A stretch of DNA of 64,000 bases. Source: Nitrososphaerota archaeon (GTDB lineage Archaea > Thermoproteota > Nitrososphaeria_A > Caldarchaeales > Calditenuaceae). The notes below the pieces were generated by a model that saw nothing but the letters and a program-made list of their open reading frames with translations, was not told the DNA's origin and ran no database searches. Below are positions 60,463 through 64,000 of the stretch, in pieces. The first letter of the stretch is position 1; each line of letters opens with the position of its first letter. The DNA is taken from NCBI GenBank assembly GCA_033581555.1, contig JAVQSZ010000004.1:19321-83320 (forward strand). Direction: 5' to 3'. A program made the translations under genes and the position numbers.

Positions 60463-61431
60463 ATGGGCGCGGATCCGCTCCTCACGGTGAAGGGCCTAAA
60501 GACCTACTTCTACACCTCGATGGGCGTCGTGAAGGCCGTCGACGGCGTCAGCCTGAGGGTGGGGAGGGGGTCCGCTGTCGGGATAATCGGGGAGTCGGGC
60601 TCGGGGAAGACGATGACCGGACTCTCGATCCTCAGGCTCGTGCCATATCCCGGCCGCATAGTCGCGGGTGAGGTCCTCTTGGACGGGGTAGACTTGCTCA
60701 AGCTCAGCGAGGAGGAGATGAGGAGGATAAGGGGGAAGAGGATCTCGATCGTCTTCCAGGACGCGCTCACCAGCCTGAACCCCGTGTTGACGGTCGGCGA
60801 GCAGCTGGCCGAGCCCCTGATGACCCACCTCGGCCTCAGTAGGAAGGAGGCCTATGAGCGTGCCACGGAGATACTCAAAAGGGTCGGGATACCGGACGCG
60901 AGCAGGAGGCTCACCAACTACCCTCATCAGTTCAGCGGCGGCATGAGGCAGCGCGTCCTGATAGGCATGGCGATCTCTTGCAACCCGGAGCTCCTGATCG
61001 CGGACGAGCCCACGACGGCCCTCGACGTGACCACTCAGAAGCAGATCATGGACCTATTCAGGGAGCTGATGGAGAGGATGAAGATGACGCTTCTGCTGAT
61101 CACTCACGACATAGGCGTGGCCGCAGAGGTGTGCGACTACATCTACGTGATGTACGCGGGCCAGATCGTCGAGGGCGGACCGACTGAACAGATCATCTCG
61201 GACCCTAAGCATCCGTACACGAGAGGGCTGATAGAGTCGATCCCGAGGGGCTTCAAGACGGAGGCGAGGGCCAAGCCGATCAGTGGGACGGTGCCCTCGC
61301 TCCTCAACCTACCTACCGGGTGCAGGTTCCATCCCCGCTGTCCTCTCGCGATGGAGAAGTGCAGGAGGGAGGAGCCCGATCTCATAGAGCTCGGGGACGG
61401 AAGGAGCGTGAGGTGTCTGCTGTATGAGTGA
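60463..61431 (+). CDS. oligopeptide/dipeptide ABC transporter ATP-binding protein (OppD/DppD type)
   Basis: GESGSGKT Walker A, FSGGMRQR signature, LLIADEPTTALD, and C-terminal HPYT..L...P oligo_HPY. Confidence 0.9.
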   Translation: MGADPLLTVKGLKTYFYTSMGVVKAVDGVSLRVGRGSAVGIIGESGSGKTMTGLSILRLVPYPGRIVAGEVLLDGVDLLKLSEEEMRRIRGKRISIVFQDALTSLNPVLTVGEQLAEPLMTHLGLSRKEAYERATEILKRVGIPDASRRLTNYPHQFSGGMRQRVLIGMAISCNPELLIADEPTTALDVTTQKQIMDLFRELMERMKMTLLLITHDIGVAAEVCDYIYVMYAGQIVEGGPTEQIISDPKHPYTRGLIESIPRGFKTEARAKPISGTVPSLLNLPTGCRFHPRCPLAMEKCRREEPDLIELGDGRSVRCLLYE

Positions 61432-62389
61432 CGGCGAGCTCCTGATCCGGCTTGAGGACGTGAGGAAGTACTTCCCTGTCTACAGGGGGATCCTGAGGAG
61501 GAAGGTCGGGGAGGTCAAGGCCGTCGACGGCGTCTCGCTCGGTGTGAGGGCAGGGGAGGTCTTCTCCGTCGTCGGGGAGTCGGGGAGCGGGAAGACCACC
61601 CTCGGGAGGATCGCCTGCGGCCTCATCGAACCGGACAGCGGCTCGGTCTACCTCAGGGACACCCCCCTGAGCGAGCTGAACGGCCGGAACGCGGCCCATG
61701 TCAGGAGGCGGCTCCAGATAATCTTCCAAGACCCGGACTCATCCCTTAACCCCAGGATGACCGTCGAGGCGACCCTCCGAGAGGCGCTGAGGGCCGCGGG
61801 GAAGGCCGGCACCCGCGCCGAGGCCCTAGAGCTCCTTCACATGGTGGGAATGAGGGCCGAGCACCTAGTCCGGTACCCGCACGAGCTGAGCGGCGGCCAG
61901 AAGCAGAGGGTCTGCATTGCAAGGGCGCTTGCGGTCGACCCGGTCTTCATCGTCGCCGACGAGCCCGTATCCTCCCTCGACGTCTCGATCAGGACGTCCA
62001 TCCTGAACCTGATGCTGGACCTCCAGAGGAGTCTGAACCTCACTTACCTCTTCATCTCGCACGACATGGCGGTGACGAAGTACGTGGCCGACAGCGTCGC
62101 GGTGATGTACTTGGGGAAGATCTGCGAGATGGCACCGGCAAGCGCGTTCTTCAGCAACCCACTCCACCCCTACTCGAGGGCGCTGCTCTCATCGGTCCCG
62201 CAGTTCTACAACCTATGGTCCGGGGAGCACGTGAAGCTCACGGGAGACCCTCCGTCCGCTATGAGCCCGCCTCAGGGGTGCAGGTTCCACACGCGTTGCC
62301 CCTACGCGTTCGAGAGGTGCAGGGTAGAGGAGCCGAAGCTGATCGAGGCCGCTCCGGGTCACTTCGTCGCGTGTCACCTTTACGGCTAG
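61424..62389 (+). CDS. oligopeptide/dipeptide ABC transporter ATP-binding protein (OppF/DppF type)
   Basis: GESGSGKTT, LSGGQKQR, IVADEPVSSLD and HPYS..L; 8-nt overlap with the preceding gene. Confidence 0.9.
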   Translation: MSDGELLIRLEDVRKYFPVYRGILRRKVGEVKAVDGVSLGVRAGEVFSVVGESGSGKTTLGRIACGLIEPDSGSVYLRDTPLSELNGRNAAHVRRRLQIIFQDPDSSLNPRMTVEATLREALRAAGKAGTRAEALELLHMVGMRAEHLVRYPHELSGGQKQRVCIARALAVDPVFIVADEPVSSLDVSIRTSILNLMLDLQRSLNLTYLFISHDMAVTKYVADSVAVMYLGKICEMAPASAFFSNPLHPYSRALLSSVPQFYNLWSGEHVKLTGDPPSAMSPPQGCRFHTRCPYAFERCRVEEPKLIEAAPGHFVACHLYG

Positions 62390-63285
62390 AGGAGCCTCAT
62401 CCTAGGGTCGAGGGCGTCTCGGAGTCCGTCACCTATTAGGTTGAAGGAGAGGACGGTCAGGAAGATCGCGAGGCCCGGAGCCAACACGAGGTGCTGCTGC
62501 GAGAAGATGTAGAGGTAGTACTCCCCGAGCATCTGGCCCCACTCCGGCGTCGGCGGCTGTACCCCCACACCTAGGAACCCGAGTCCCGCAGCAACCAGTA
62601 TCGCGGTCCCCATGTATAGCGTGGCCTGAACGATCACCGGCGAGAGCGCGTTGGGGAGGACGTGCCTGAACATGATCACGTAGCTGGGTAGCTGAAGGGC
62701 CCTCGCCGCCTCGACGTAGTGCATCTCCCTTATCGTCAGGACCGAGGCCCTCACGAGCCTCGTGAAGACCGGGATCGCTGTCACGCCGACCGAGATGATC
62801 ACGTTCTGAAGTCCGACCCCGAGCATCGCGACCAGTGATAAGGCCAAGAGGAAGGTCGGGAAGGAGAGCAGGACGTCGGTGACCCTCTGGACCACCATGT
62901 CAACCCACCTCGAGAAGTACCCGGAGAGTAGTCCGAGGACGACCCCGATCGCCGCCCCGAAGGAGACTGCCGCGAGCCCCACTAGAAGGGACATCCTGCT
63001 CCCGTAAAGGATCCTTGAGAGGACGTCCCTCCCCAACTGATCCGTCCCAAGCGGGTGCTGCGGGCTCGGAGGCCTCAACGCGTTAGCGAGGTCCTGCTTG
63101 ATCGGGTCGTGTGGGTAGTAGTCGGCGAGCAGGGCGCTAGCGACGAACCCCATGAGTATCATCAGTCCCGCGACTGCGGCCCTGTTCCTCCTATACCTCC
63201 TCCAGAACTCCCCGAGGAGAGCGAACCTCGTCCTCTCCTCGACGCCCTCGAGCTCCCTGAGCAGCTCGGCCTCCTGGCTAGTCAT
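62386..63285 (-). CDS. peptide ABC transporter permease (OppC/DppC type)
   Basis: HPLGTDQLGRDVLSRILYGSR and the EAA-like loop YVEAARALQLPSYVIMFRHVLPN. Confidence 0.9.
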   Translation of the reverse strand: MTSQEAELLRELEGVEERTRFALLGEFWRRYRRNRAAVAGLMILMGFVASALLADYYPHDPIKQDLANALRPPSPQHPLGTDQLGRDVLSRILYGSRMSLLVGLAAVSFGAAIGVVLGLLSGYFSRWVDMVVQRVTDVLLSFPTFLLALSLVAMLGVGLQNVIISVGVTAIPVFTRLVRASVLTIREMHYVEAARALQLPSYVIMFRHVLPNALSPVIVQATLYMGTAILVAAGLGFLGVGVQPPTPEWGQMLGEYYLYIFSQQHLVLAPGLAIFLTVLSFNLIGDGLRDALDPRMRLL

Positions 63286-64000
63286 ATCTGATCCGCGGGT
63301 CTATGTAGGAATAAATTATGTCTACGATTATGTTGATCACTATGAAGATCGTCGCGGTCATCAGGACAACGCCCTGAATCACCGGGTAGTCCCTCGCCAT
63401 CAGCGACTCGTAGAGCAGCCTTCCGATGCCCGGCCACGCGAAGACCGTCTCTGTCAGGACTGCTCCCCCGAGCAGGTTCCCGAACTGGAGGCCCACTACG
63501 GTGACGACAGGGATCAGCGCGTTCCTGAGGGCGTGCTTGTAGACCACCGTCCTCTCCTCGAGCCCCTTCGACCTAGCTGTCCGGACGTAGTCCTGGCTCA
63601 TCGCCTCGATCATGCTAGACCTGGTCATCCTGACTATGAGCGCGGAGGAGAAGAGCGCGAGCGTCAGGGCCGGAAGGACAACGCTCTCGGGCCTCTCGGC
63701 CCCCGCAGCGGGAAGGAGGCGGAGGTTCACCGCGAAGACCAGGATGAGTATGATCCCGAGCCAGTAGACGGGCATCGAGACACCGAAGAGCGAGGCAGTC
63801 GTTATTGCGTAGTCCGCCTTAGTGTAACGGTGCCTGGCAGAGAAGACGCCGACCAGAACCCCTATGATTATCGCGATGGCCATCGCGGCGAGCGTGAGAG
63901 CGAATGTGTAGGGAAGGCGCGACGCTATCTCCACGATGACCGGGTTCCCCGTCCTCGCGGAGGTCCCCAGATCGCCTCTGATCAGGTTTGAGAGGAAGAT
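63278..64000 (-). CDS. peptide ABC transporter permease (OppB/DppB type), 5' end outside the window
   Basis: The frame stays open to the window edge (..IFLSNLIRGDLGTSARTGNPVIVEIASRLPYTF..); YVRTARSKGL EAA loop. The start listed in the track is internal. Confidence 0.85.
   Translation of the reverse strand: MFLSNLIRGDLGTSARTGNPVIVEIASRLPYTFALTLAAMAIAIIIGVLVGVFSARHRYTKADYAITTASLFGVSMPVYWLGIILILVFAVNLRLLPAAGAERPESVVLPALTLALFSSALIVRMTRSSMIEAMSQDYVRTARSKGLEERTVVYKHALRNALIPVVTVVGLQFGNLLGGAVLTETVFAWPGIGRLLYESLMARDYPVIQGVVLMTATIFIVINIIVDIIYSYIDPRIRYD

Overview
The window is a high-GC stretch (roughly 58-67% GC in the 60-nt lines I counted) of a densely packed archaeal chromosome. It looks like a crenarchaeote/TACK-type aerobe or thermophile: TATA boxes sit about 25 nt upstream of start codons (probably leaderless), eS30/eL43/uS15, GatDE, RNase P protein subunits, CarS and FBP aldolase/phosphatase are present, and there is an intron-containing tRNA. 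About 70 genes are supportable. They cover translation and RNA processing (gatD-gatE, dtdA, Pop5/Rpp30, Clp1-like kinase, Pcc1), respiration (Rieske-cytochrome b, a compact CtaA, a sulfocyanin-like cupredoxin), lipid and isoprenoid metabolism (CarS, polyprenyl synthase, MVD-like, a Tes-like radical SAM enzyme), central metabolism, and a peptide ABC transporter.

I do not see an unambiguous new system such as CRISPR or a recognisable defence operon. The candidates most worth a second look are:
- A compositionally foreign, decayed patch at about 45.5-47.5 kb. It holds a TnpB-like RuvC remnant, a short integrase-N-like ORF, a frameshifted coiled-coil repeat gene and a T10 terminator.
- A roughly 10.8 kb run of eight stop/start-overlapping or near-abutting minus-strand genes (49520-60323). 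It embeds two membrane enzymes with eukaryote-like PIG-N/O and ERMP1-like topology next to glycerol-3-phosphate genes, and lies convergent with the tes-like gene.
- An unannotated C/D-box sRNA candidate.
- A divergent cupredoxin / Met-Trp-rich membrane protein pair that shares an upstream motif.
- A tRNA(CAU) with a non-canonical intron.

All family calls come from motif recognition by eye, with no database search. Many long ORFs in the track are GC-driven antisense artefacts or 5'-over-extended.
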